Source: Octopus sinensis
Taxonomy: Eukaryota
Length of the DNA stretch: 36,082 bases
NCBI RefSeq assembly: GCF_006345805.1
Contig: NW_021826219.1
Location: forward strand, 1-36,082
Direction: 5' to 3'
Below are positions 1-10,035 of the stretch, one piece after another. The translations under genes were made by a program, and so were the position numbers. The stretch's first letter is position 1. Each line of letters begins with the position of its first letter. The notes below the pieces were generated by a model. It worked only from the letters and a program-made list of their open reading frames with translations. It was not told the origin of the DNA and searched no databases.

Positions 1-185
1 CAAGGCTGGGAAAGTGCTCGCTTTCCTATGTTTGTATGAGTCAGACGGAATTCCGATAAGATAGACTTGCTATCACCGAATGGCTTTGTTCTCGCCAACT
101 ACCACCTGTTTGCAAGCAGGGTGCTTATTCTCTCATCATCCGGACACGTTTGCACGTATGTCTGGGTGACTGACTGTTTTCAGAG
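1..185 (+). mobile_element. Possible degenerate LINE apurinic-endonuclease fragment (CR1 group)
   Basis: LCLYES...LSPNGFVLANYHLF...SGHVCTYV loosely resembles the APE motifs LxET / PGY / GGVxxYV; weak. Confidence 0.3.
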
Positions 186-319
186 AAAGGGACAAACACG
201 CAATGAACACTTTGCACACGTGGACATCTCATATGCGCGTGCGCGCACAAACACGTTCAACACACGTGTGAGTATATACACACACTCGCACACACACACA
301 GACACACACATGCACTTAT

Positions 320-553
320 ATATCTCTTTGCTACCCACAAGGGGCTAAACATAGAGGGGACAAACAAGGACAGACAAACGGATGAAGTCGATTATATCAA
401 CGCCAGTGCGTAACTGGTACTTAATTTATCGACCCCGAAAGGATGAAAGGCAAAGTCGACCTCGGCGGAATTTGAACCCAGAACGTAACGGCAGACGAAA
501 TACGGCTACGCATTTCGCCCGGCGTGCTAACCATTCGGCCAGCTCGCCGCCTT
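320..553 (-). mobile_element. SINE family A, full monomer (tRNA-derived head, tail type T1)
   Basis: Minus strand: AAGGCGGCGAGCTGGC head, B box GGTTCAAATTCC, central CCTTTCATCCTTTCGGGGTCGATAAATTAAGTACCAG, tail AGCCCCTTGTGGGTAGCAAAG; possible TSD ACATRCACTTA; many paralogues in window. Confidence 0.9.
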
Positions 554-587
554 TACATACACTTACACATACACTTACACATACACA

Positions 588-712
588 CGACGGGTTTGCA
601 GTTCACCCCCTATCAAATTCTCTCGCCAGGTACTGGTCAGTCCAAGCTATAGTATAGGCTACTTGGCCAAGAAACTGCACCGTAAAACTGAACCCGAAAC
701 CGCATGCAGGCA
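588..712 (-). mobile_element. SINE family B, degenerate 5' half
   Basis: Similar to the reverse complement of 1370-1530. Confidence 0.65.
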
Positions 713-1250
713 TGACCGAGTAGTTATGGAACTTAGTTTGCAACCGTCTTCAGTCTCACTGCGCTGCTCTTTGGGTAAGTGTCATGAGTGGAGGCACATG
801 GCCTAGTGGTCAGAGCAGCGGACTCACGGTCGAGGGATCGCGGGTTCGAATCTCAGACCAGGCGATGTGTGTGTTTATGAGCAAAACACCTAAGCTCCGG
901 CAGAAGGTAATGACGAACTTCTGCTGACTCTTTCGCCACAATTTTCTCTCACTCTTTCCTCCTACATCTTGCAGTTCACCTGCGACGGACCGGCGTCCCG
1001 TCCAGATGGGGAACCTATACGCCAAGGAAACCGGGAAACCGGCCCTTATGAGCCAGACATGGCTCGAGAAGGAACAAAGTGTCATGAGAGTGAATTTGGT
1101 AGACGGACACAGAAAGCTCCTTGCGCAAATGTATGCAAGTATGTATTTCTGTAGGTGTTGGTGCCCCACAGGTGCTCGACAACAGGTTGTGGTTGTTTTA
1201 CATCTCCGTGACTTACCATTTTGGTATGAGATCGATAGAATAAGTATTAG
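703..1250 (+). mobile_element. SINE family B, degenerate copy interrupted by SINE-C
   Basis: Head/core to TTGGGTAAGTGTC (771-783) resumes at GAGTGAATTTGGTAGACGGA (~1088) and continues to GATAGAATAAGTA. Confidence 0.7.
789..1076 (+). mobile_element. SINE family C (tRNA-derived), full copy with 12-bp TSD
   Basis: A box TGGCCTAGTGG, B box GGTTCGAATC; TSD AAGTGTCATGAG at 777-788 and 1077-1088. Confidence 0.85.
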
Positions 1251-1369
1251 TAACTTATTGCATACTCAAACAAGTGTGTGGCCCACACCCAACTTTGTTT
1301 CTTCGTAACTTTCAGAAAAAAAATCATTATTTTTAATGAATTTTTTTACAGGCGCAGATTTTTTTTACA

Positions 1370-1803
1370 GGCGCAGGAGTGGCTGTGTGGTAAGTAGCTT
1401 GCTTACCAACCACATGGTTCCGGGTTCAGTCCCACTGCGTGGCATCTTGGGCAAGTGTCTTCTGCTATAGCCTCGGGCCGACCAATGCCTTGTGAGTGGA
1501 TTTGGTAGACGGAAACTGAAAGAAGCCTGTCGTATATATGTATATATATATATATATATAAATGTGTGTGTATATGTTTGTGTGTCTGTGTTTGTGTATC
1601 TGTGTTTGTCCCCCTACCATTGCTTGACAACCGATGCTGGTGTGTTTATGTCTCCGTTACTTAGCGGTTCGGCAAAAGAAACCGATAGAATAAGTACAGG
1701 GCTTACAAAAAAAAATAAAATAAGTCCCGGGGTCGAGTTGCTCGATTAAAAGCGGTGCTCCAGCATGACCGCAGTCAAATGACTGAAACAAGTAAAGAGT
1801 ATA
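1370..1803 (+). mobile_element. SINE family B, full length (CORE-like; possibly the octopus OR2-type SINE)
   Basis: GGCGCAGGAGTGGCTGTGTGG A box, GGTTCAGTCCC B box, CORE-like CTTGGGCAAGTG, internal (TA)n(TG)n, tail CAAATGACTGAAACAAGTAAAGAG; family name is from memory only. Confidence 0.9.
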
Positions 1804-2144
1804 CCTTTCAGATAGTGTGGGTTACGATTACATCGAAATTTAATGTTTAAAAATGTAAAATAAAAAACGGTGAGCGCGCACATCACATCACATATTTGTC
1901 TACAAAATGAAACTTGAAATTTTGTAAAACTTGTGTGATGTGTATCAGTGTGTATTTTTGCACGCCCTATTCTTAATTTTTCCACGTTAAATTCCGATTT
2001 GATTGTAATGTACACCATCTTAAAGTTATTAGTAGAAAATTTAACTACAGAAATACCCGTTTTTCTGGAAGTTATGAAGTCGATTTCTATGGATTACCCG
2101 AAACTCCTCTCCCCGTCGTTCCACGAATTTTTTTTCACAAGATA

Positions 2145-2443
2145 TCTTCTTTATATATAAAAGTGAAGTTGTGTGTCTGCCTCCTACGATTTAGATTCCT
2201 AACTACTCCCACATTTTGCGGTGCAGTTTAACCAAAACCGGGTATCTTATAGTCGTGATTCATATCGAGCCCTTCTGGGTATTAGCGCGCGTCTACGATG
2301 AGTCTACGATTAAAAAAAAAATTACCATCATTTTTTTTCCATTTTTAATGCATTTTTTTGCTATTTTTTGGCTATAACTCTCTAAAAATGCTTATATAGT
2401 TATTTCCCTTACAAACCCGAGCAACGCCGGGCGATACTGCTAG
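2145..2443 (+). mobile_element. Non-autonomous Helitron
   Basis: A|TC..TCTTTATATATAAAAG 5' end; hairpin CCCGAGCAACGCCGGG (2416-2431), CTAG (2440-2443), then T; no TSD. Confidence 0.9.
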
Positions 2444-2544
2444 TTCCAATATAATCGTTAACTACATCATTTGAAGGATATTTGTAAAACATTTCATTGA
2501 AAAGTATGTCTTCTTCTCAGAATTATGAGAAAACAAAGTCGGTG

Positions 2545-2650
2545 GTACAAAACTGTGTGGGTATGCCCTTAGAAATAAGTCCTGGGGTCGACTAAACCCC
2601 GCCAAGACGGCGTTCCAGCATAACTGCGGTCCAATGACTGAGGCAAAAAT
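2545..2650 (+). mobile_element. SINE-B degenerate 3' fragment
   Basis: AATAAGTCCTGGGGTCGA...TCCAGCAT...AATGACTGA matches 1720-1790. Confidence 0.6.
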
Positions 2651-2837
2651 AAAAAAAAAAAGAAAAAGAATATAAAATAAGGGCTTCGTTCTCTTCCTCT
2701 CAACAAACCCATTTGCTATGCTTTGGACACTGTGTTGATGTGAGTGTGAGTTCCATGCGTTGTCAGCATGGAACAAACTTAAGGGATTTCACTCGATTCA
2801 TAAACAGTGACAAAAAAATTAAAAGTTATATAAAATA

Positions 2838-3223
2838 CTAGCAGTATCCCCCGGCGTTGCTCGGGTTTGTAAGGGAAATAACTATATAAGCATTTTTAGA
2901 GAGTTATAGTCAAAAAGTAGCAAAAAAATGCATTAAAAATGGAAAAAAATGATGGTAAATTTTTTTTTAAATCGTTGACTCATCGTAGACATTTTTAGAG
3001 AGTTACTTCCCTTATATAATAGCGAAAAAATGCATTAAAATGGAAAAAAATGATAATTTTTTTTTTAAATCGTAGACGCACGCTAATACCCAGAAGGGCT
3101 CGATATGAATCACGACTATAAGATACCCGGTTTTGGTTAAACTGCACCGCAAAATGTGGGAGTAGTTAGGAATCTAAATGGTAGGAGACAGACAGCACAC
3201 AACCTCACTTTTATATATAAAGA
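2838..3223 (-). mobile_element. Non-autonomous Helitron, same family as 2145-2443, with an internal duplication
   Basis: Minus strand A|TCTTTATATATAAAAGTG start, same hairpin, CTAG|T end; block CATTTTTAGAGAGTTA...AAATCGT is present twice. Confidence 0.9.
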
Positions 3224-4021
3224 TTTGTTTTGATTGATGTTATTTTTATGTATGCATACGCATTCGTTTGCGCATATATACATATTGAATTTACGCCAAC
3301 ACACACACACACACACACCACACATACACATCGTTTGTAGAGAAACATATATCCGGATAAGAAGCACACTCTAAGATGTAGAGCAGTTAATATTATAATA
3401 GAGGAGGCCGGTCTATGGGGTTACCCTGGGCTTCCCGCCATAAGGAGTTTGGCCTTACGGCGTATCGTCAGACCCCAAATCTGTTGACCTAAGACCACTT
3501 CAAAATATCTTCTCTTCTCTCTCTCTCTCTCTCTCTGTATATAGATATACAGATTTATAAATGAGGGTGAAAAATTTGATATTAATTTAATAATACCATC
3601 AATTTAACACCAAGTGGCTTAGCACATAAAACTAGGGAGATAATACAAATTTATACATAAATTATAAGAGAGTTACCACTATGTGGATAGCTCTAGTGCT
3701 AAAAATAGCTCCGTTACTAGTATAGCCACAGAAAGATGTTTCCAAGAAGAAATAACACTACATTTAACGGAAGGAAAGTGAAATATAACGAAAAAATAGA
3801 TTGACCCTGAACAATTGTTTCATTACTAATGTAATATGTAATTTTACTTACATAGACATCTATAAATCATCGGCAGAGGTTTGTCTTAAATACAATTTAT
3901 TAGACCCTCACGAGCGTCATTTAGTACATGTAGATCGACAAACACGTGTATATGTGCATACGCACTCATATTTAGAAACACGGGTGTGTGTATAAGGTAA
4001 TGTAAGAGTGTAAAATATATT

Positions 4022-4229
4022 GATTTCAAATTTTGACACAAGGCCAGCAATTTTGGGGGATAATGTAAGACGATTACATCAACCCCAGGACTTAAATGGA
4101 TTTCATCGACTCCGAAAGGATGAAAGGCAAAGTGAACCTCGGCGGAATTTGAACTCTGAGCATAAAGACGGACGAAAGGCCGCTAAAAACATTTGCCCGG
4201 ACTGCTATCGATTCTGCCAGCTCGCCGCC
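4022..4229 (-). mobile_element. SINE-A, older subfamily (tail T3)
   Basis: Same head and central domain; tail CCCAAAAATTGCTGGCCTTGTGTCAAAATTTGAAA. Confidence 0.85.
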
Positions 4230-4323
4230 ATAGAGTTGAAAAAACATTTTGAAGATAATATTTTATCTACTTGAAACATTATCTCGTGTGTTCGTTATAC
4301 TGGAAGTTAACAGCCGACTCTGT

Positions 4324-4909
4324 TTCGTCCCAGGCTAGGTTGCTAAAGATAGCCGGGAACTGTCAAGCCTATGCCAAGATTGCCAGCTGACTGTCAAATT
4401 TTGCTTATACATATTTCTTTGCTACCCTCAAGGGGCGAAACACAGAGATGACAAACAAGGAGAGACACACGGATTAAGTCGATTACATTCACCCCAGTGC
4501 GTAACTGGTACTTAATTTATCGACCCCAAAAGGATGAAAGGCAAAGCCGACGTCGGCGAAATTTGAACTCAGAACGTAACGGCAGACGAAATACCTATTT
4601 CTTTACTACCCACAAGGGGCTAAACACAGAGAGGACAAACAAGGACAGACAGACGGATTAAGTCGATTATATCGACCCCAGTGCGTAACTGGTACTTATT
4701 TAATCGACCCCGAAAGGATGAAAGGCAAAGTCGACCTCGGCGGAATTTGAACTCTGAACGTAACGGCAGACGAAATACGTCTTCGCATTTCACCCGTCGT
4801 GCTAACGTTTCTGCCAGCTCGCCGCCTTCGTCCCAGGCTAGGTTGCTAAAGGTAGCAGGTAACTGTCAAGCCTATGCCAAGATTACCAGCTGACTGTCAA
4901 ATTTTGCTT
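4324..4909 (+). repeat. 83-bp direct repeat (4324-4406, 4827-4909) flanking the SINE-A dimer
   Basis: TTCGTCCCAGGCTAGG...CAAATTTTGCTT occurs twice, 4 mismatches. Confidence 0.95.
4411..4828 (-). mobile_element. SINE-A head-to-tail dimer (T1+T1)
   Basis: Full unit 4595-4828 joined at GAAATAC|CTATTTC (4594/4595) to a headless unit. Confidence 0.9.
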
Positions 4910-4929
4910 GTATCGATATGGGCAAAAGC

Positions 4930-5260
4930 CTGGCAGTATGTTTAGGATTCGCGTATGGCAACCACGTAGTTTCGGTTTCAGTGACACTACGCGACACATT
5001 CGGCAAGTGTCTTACGCAATACCCCTTGGTCGACCATTGACGTGTGAGTGAATTAGGAAAAGAGAAATATGTGGAAGTCTATATTTCATGTATCTGCTAT
5101 GTGTGTGTGTGTTTGTGGGTCCCTCCACAGCTTCACACCCAATGTTGGTTTGGTTACATCGTCGAAATTTACCAGTACAGGAAAACGGACCAATAGATTA
5201 CGTACCAAGTTTCAAGCGAAGTTTTGTGGTAGAAAACTTGAACTAAACCAGTCGACGCAT
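4930..5260 (+). mobile_element. SINE-B, highly diverged
   Basis: GGCAAGTGTCTT, GGTCGACCA, GTGAGTGAATT and TG tract in family-B order. Confidence 0.65.
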
Positions 5261-5388
5261 TATATGTATAAATATACATATATATGATACACATATAGAA
5301 CGAATATATGATATAAATCATGTATATATTTATACATATATATATAATTTTATCTTATATTTATCCCAAAATTATTAGACATGTAAAT

Positions 5389-5429
<41 letters not shown>

Positions 5430-6200
5430 CTTCTTTCTAAGAGGTTTCCGATAGCTTGTAGAAGTTGACTATGATGCTACTACACCAATTATAGGGTACG
5501 ACACCTTCCTGTACAACCTATTTAACTGTACATGTAACTAGGCTGTATTGATCACCACCAGATATTTTAAGTATTTCAAGAATAATCACTGATGGACCAG
5601 GAGCTTTTAAAGTCTTCGTATTCTTAATCGCTTTATCTATAACATTCCTGTCAACAAGCTGGACCCTCTGTCAAGTTCATGTTAGGAAGACTCTCTCATG
5701 CCTGCTTGTGAAATTAAGGTGCTTCTTGAGAACATATACCCCAACTCAATGTTGATTACTCAAGCTTTTTTGCAAGATAGCTGTGGACCTTTGTGAACCT
5801 TTGTAAGCTGTGGGCCTTTGAGTCCCAAGTGAATATTCAGTTATTATTTTTATTTATTATTTGTATTTCTATTCATTTGTACATGTTAAGTAAGAGTATA
5901 CTGAAGATATAGAGTATCATGGAAGTATATAAGAGGTAGAGGTAGTGAAAAATGTTGAAGAATCCAGACCTGAAGATTGGGAGTATGTCGACCCAAGTAA
6001 GTATTGAAACTAGATACCTTGTATCTAATCAATACCAACGTACTTTCATGAAACACGTGTAGGCTTATAAACGGAAAATACAGGATTCAGAATAAATATA
6101 GTTAGTATAGGATTCAATTTTTAATATTTTATGGAGTAGTTGGGTATAAAATCTTTCAGTGTTGATTGAGTTGACGGTGGTCCTGTCTCTAAAATTACTT
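5430..6200 (+). mobile_element. Penelope-like element 3' fragment (degenerate GIY-YIG tail and pLTR)
   Basis: YNLFNCTCN*AVLITTR and HIPQLNVD resemble PLE YxFxCxC..YIGxTTR and PxLNxQ; followed by a hammerhead motif. Confidence 0.5.
5960..6088 (+). ncRNA. Type I hammerhead-ribozyme-like structure with extended, branched stem II
   Basis: CUGAAGA 5970-5976; stem II 5978-5988/6038-6048; GAAA 6050-6053; stem III AC(ACGU)GU; GUA site 6059-6061; imperfect stem I. Confidence 0.6.
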
Positions 6201-6356
6201 TTATATATACATATATATATACACAAACACACACACATTCACACACAAACACACATATATACATATATATGTATATACATACATTATATATATATATAAA
6301 TAGATATATGTATATGTATATATATGTGTGTATATGTATGTGTATATAGATATGTG

Positions 6357-6407
<51 letters not shown>

Positions 6408-6482
6408 ATGTGTGTGTGTATATAAATATACATGTGTATAAATATGTGTGTACATATATATATATATATATACATATGCATA
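6201..6482. repeat. Compound (TA)n/(CA)n/(TG)n microsatellite
   Basis: Directly visible. Confidence 0.95.
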
Positions 6483-6810
6483 TTTCATTAAGACATAATA
6501 ATTAAGAATGGAGAGTTACACATCTTAAAAATTAATTTAATGCAAATAATTCTTCTCTTTCTAAATGATTCTATGCATATACCCATGCAGTGTTTCCAGA
6601 AGTCAGTTTCACCATGATGGACAGGGGTTCATGAGATACTTATATTGCCAGACACCTTAGCCCTTTGTTATATCTTCTGTGGGGCTCAAGGTTCTATGGT
6701 TACCTTTCACTACTTCATCCCATGTCTTCTGTGTCTTCTTCATCTACAGTTTCTCTTTGCATATCATATATGATACACACACACACACATATTTTTATAT
6801 ATATATATAT

Positions 6811-7128
6811 CATCATCATCATCATCATCGTTTAACGTCCGTTCTCCATGCTAGCATGGGTTGGACGGTTCGACCAGGGATCTGGGAAGCCAGAAGGCTG
6901 CACCAGTCTCCAGTCTTATCTGGCAATGTTTCTACAGCTGGATGCCCTTCCTAACGCCAACCACTCCGTGAGTGTAGTGGGTGCTTTTTACGTGCCACCT
7001 GCACAGGTGCCAGGCGAGGCTGGCAACGGCCACGGTCGGATTGGTGCATTTTACGTACCACCGGCACGGAAGCCAGTCGAGGCGGCGCTGGCATCGGCCA
7101 CGATTCGGATAGTGCTTTTTACGTACCA
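6811..7128 (-). mobile_element. SINE-like family D, 5'-truncated, with (GAT)n tail
   Basis: Minus strand GGCGTTAGGAAGGGCATCCAGCTGTAGAAA ... CCCATGCTAGCATGGAGAACGGACGTTAAAC(GAT)n; three internal GTGCWTTTTACGTRCCA repeats. Confidence 0.7.
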
Positions 7129-7144
7129 TATATATATACTGTCG

Positions 7145-7320
7145 AATGAAGTGACCCCAGTACTTTTTTCTTTCAAGTCTGGTACTTATTCCGTCAGTCT
7201 CTTTTGCGAAACTGCTAATTTACGGGGATATAAACAAACCAACACCAGTTGTCAAGCATTGGCGGGGTACAAACACAGACACAGAGGCACATACACACAC
7301 ACATATACATGTATATATAT
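7145..7320 (-). mobile_element. SINE-B 3' half
   Basis: Matches the reverse complement of 1590-1740. Confidence 0.75.
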
Positions 7321-7542
7321 TGATGACTTCAGCAATGCAACTACAAGCATGCTGTTAATGACCTCTTTTCCTTGTTTGAACTTTTCCTTTTCTCCTTTCC
7401 GACAAAGAGCTATGCTCAAAATGTCAAGCTCTCTCCTTTCACTAAACATCAAGCTAATGCATTTCTTTTGCATATCCTCATGTTGTCTGTTTTTATTCAT
7501 TTATTCAAATTGTTTGTTTATTATATAAGTTGACTATATATA

Positions 7543-8385
7543 CAGGGTGCAGTGAAAATATTGCCGTCTAAATTACACAGGAATGCAAATAACACTGATA
7601 TCTCATTTTAACAGATATATTCACCAAAACTACATAAAAATATGAAAATCGCCATTGGCTTCAATCATGGCCTCTAGAATCTCCTGGAATCTCCTGTAAC
7701 TCTTCAGAATCTCCTGTATCTCTTTTGGACAGTCTCCTTGTTTAAGTTACTCAATGTTGCCATAATCCTTGCTTTCAGTTCATCTTTGGTGTAACAAGGA
7801 GTTTCGTCGGTCTCTCACTTAACTGTGCCCCACACATACTAATCAAGGGTGTTGCAGTCTGGGGAGTTAGGTGGCCAGATGTTAGGGGTGATGTGGTCAC
7901 AGAAATTGTCTGACACCCATGACTGGGTTCTTCTGCTTGTGCGGCATGGTACAGTCCTGTTGTCAAACATAGGGTCTTCCAGCAGCCACCCTCTTGACCC
8001 AGGGCAGCACTATATCCTTCAGGCACTTAATGTAGGCCTCCTTGTTGAGTTTGAGGTCGTGTAGGAAGATGAATGGAGGCATAATGTCACCATCACTAGT
8101 GATCACTGCAAACACTCATGATATTGACTGGATGTTTGATTTTTATCACTCTCAGTACATGTCCTCAGACTGACACCCAAACACTCTGAAATGTTCGTAT
8201 TGGAGCTTCTGGCATGAATGCCTAGCAGTACGGCATGTCATTCCCAAATTTCTGGCAGAATGAATTGTGTCCTGGTGCTGATTTTCTCACCATACTATAC
8301 TGTGTAGTTGACAAAATTCAAAAAAACAACGCGCATGCACGAAATTAAGAATATAAAATTGTAACAATTTACCCATTGCAACCTG
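7543..8385 (-). mobile_element. Degenerate, internally deleted Tc1/mariner element, DD37D (maT)-like
   Basis: TA|CAGGGTGCAGTG left TIR vs CAGGTTGCAATG (reverse complement of right end); frameshifted GRPYV*QQD...SWVSDNFCDHITPNIWPPNSPDCN..LD. Confidence 0.8.
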
Positions 8386-8441
8386 TGTGTATATATATAT
8401 ATATATATATATCACTTTGATCACTTTGACCGACCAGTCCG

Positions 8442-9427
8442 TCAGGCGTCCATTTGACACTGCTGGTCACAGCACGCTGTCCACTCCTCTCTGGATCGCG
8501 CCTTTCTCATCCACGTGATCCCAATCGTCCTCCTGAAATTTTCACTCCACCGTCGTGGAGGTCTTCCGAGTGGTCTTTTCCGCTCATGCGGGTACCACTC
8601 GACAACTGCGTGCGTCCACCGATTATCGGTGAGCCGGGTGACGTGTCCAGCCCATCTATACTTGCTGCGTGTATACTCTGCGATGACATCTCTCAAGCCG
8701 GACTTCTTTCTGATGATCTTGCTACTTATGTGCTCTCTCAACGAGATACCAAGCATTGACCTTTCCATGGCTCTTTGAGCCGTTACCAGTCTTTGCTCTT
8801 CTCTCTTTGTGGTAGCCCATGTTTCACTACCATATAACATTGCAGGCAGAACTGCACTGTTAATGAGGTTGGCGCGGGTGGTCCTGTCCAACCTTCCCTT
8901 GAGCACATCCCTTATGCCATTGAACGCCTTCCATCCGGCCCATACTCTCCGTGAGATCTCCTTTTTGATATCCCGGCACATATTTACTTCCTGTCCCAGG
9001 TAGACATATTCTCTCACCTCCTCTATTTCATCACTGCCGATCACCATTCGACCTGTTGGTACGTTGTCTGACCGCATGAACTTTGTTTTCATGCGGTTCA
9101 TCTTGAGACCTACTGCAGAACTTTTGATGTCGAGCTCCGTCAGCATGGTCTGAAGCTGATCCATGTTTTCAGCGATGAGTACGATGTCGTCAGCGAAACG
9201 GAGGTGGGTGAGGAGCTCGCCATTGATGTTGACACCACCTTGCCATTCGATGCCTCTGATGATCTGTTCGAGACATGCAGTGAAAAGTTTTGGGGAGATT
9301 GTATCTCCTTGCTTCACTCCTTTCTCGACCGGCACTCGTATGGGTGATGACAGTAGAGCTATGTCTGTGGTGCATCCGGAATTTGCCTCTCTGAGCAGCT
9401 GCACATATTGCGCTTCGATTCCTTGCC
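8442..9427 (-). CDS. RTE reverse transcriptase, C-terminal portion (truncated)
   Basis: GVKQGDTISPKLF, LRFADD, GLKMNRMKTK, YVYLGQ, LPAMLYGSETW, RWAGHV, RPLGRPPRRW; no internal stops. Confidence 0.9.
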
Positions 9428-9911
9428 CCTCGGCTCAATGAAAAACGGAAAGGCTCCGGGGAAAGACGGTATAACATCGGAGGTGCTAAAGTCAGACAGA
9501 GAGCAGCTCTGGAAAATCCTCGCTGAGCGATTTACGCACTATCTAGACGAGGGAAGAATTCCCTCGCAGTGGAAAGAGTCAAATACCATCCTGCTGTATA
9601 AGAAGGGCGACAGAGAAGATCTAAAGAACTACCGACCCATATGCCTGCTGTCTCACGTGTATAAGCTGTTCACGAAGATAATTCTGAACAGGTTGTCACG
9701 TCATCTCAACAAACAACAACCGAGGGAGCAAGCAGGCTTCCGGAAGAACTACAGCACAATGGACCATATATTTGCTCAAACGCAACTGCTTGAGCGAGCA
9801 AATGAGTACAAGCTGCCTCTTTGCGTTGCGTTTATAGATTATGAGAAGGCCTTCGATAGCGTCGAAACCAACGCAGTGCTGAACTCGCTGCAGAGGCAAG
9901 GAATCGAAGCG

Positions 9912-9917
<6 letters not shown>
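9428..9917 (+). CDS. RTE reverse transcriptase, N-terminal RT subdomains (inverted segment)
   Basis: MKNGKAPGKDGI, LLYKKGD, NYRPICLL, EQAGFR, FIDYEKAFDSV; ends GIEAQY, contiguous with VQLLREAN of the minus-strand part. Confidence 0.9.
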
Positions 9918-9949
<32 letters not shown>

Positions 9950-9969
9950 GATTAAAGATGTTAGAACAC

Positions 9970-10035
9970 CTACAATGCTAGAAATAAGGGCTAAAGTGCT
10001 CTGTGACAGTTTAGCTCTTATTTCTAGCATTGTAG
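9970..10035. repeat. 26-bp-arm hairpin, copy 1
   Basis: CTACAATGCTAGAAATAAGGGCTAAA-14 nt-TTTAGCTCTTATTTCTAGCATTGTAG; one G:T pair. Confidence 0.9.

Larger units (their letters stand above)
8412..9917 (-). mobile_element. RTE-clade LINE, 5'-truncated and 5'-inverted, inserted in (TA)n
   Basis: 3' part on minus strand (9427 to 8412) with (TCAAAGTGA)2 tail; 5' part on plus strand (9428-9917); (TA)n on both flanks. Confidence 0.92.

Noticed and set aside
382-657. Recurrent ORFs with RPRKDERQSRPRRNLN (also 4020, 4681, 15063, 35716)
   Set aside because: Antisense translations of SINE-A copies, not a protein family
789-870. tRNA gene
   Set aside because: A/B boxes are present, but no paired acceptor stem is evident and the sequence continues into a body bounded by a TSD; it is a SINE head
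2750-2774. 9-bp perfect hairpin GTTCCATGC/GCATGGAAC
   Set aside because: Single short stem, compatible with chance in 36 kb
2145-3223. Single foldback/TIR transposon with 300-bp TIRs
   Set aside because: Each arm has its own Helitron TC...hairpin-CTAG ends and A|T site, and there is no TSD
6981-7128. CRISPR-like repeat-spacer pattern
   Set aside because: Only three degenerate units, intervening sequences resemble each other, it lies within a eukaryotic SINE, and there are no cas genes
6848-7528. 226-aa ORF
   Set aside because: Runs across SINE-D, SINE-B and microsatellite sequence; chance open frame
9977-9987. GCTAGAAATA resembles the SpCas9 sgRNA scaffold
   Set aside because: Short match only, with no remaining scaffold; part of a native hairpin repeat
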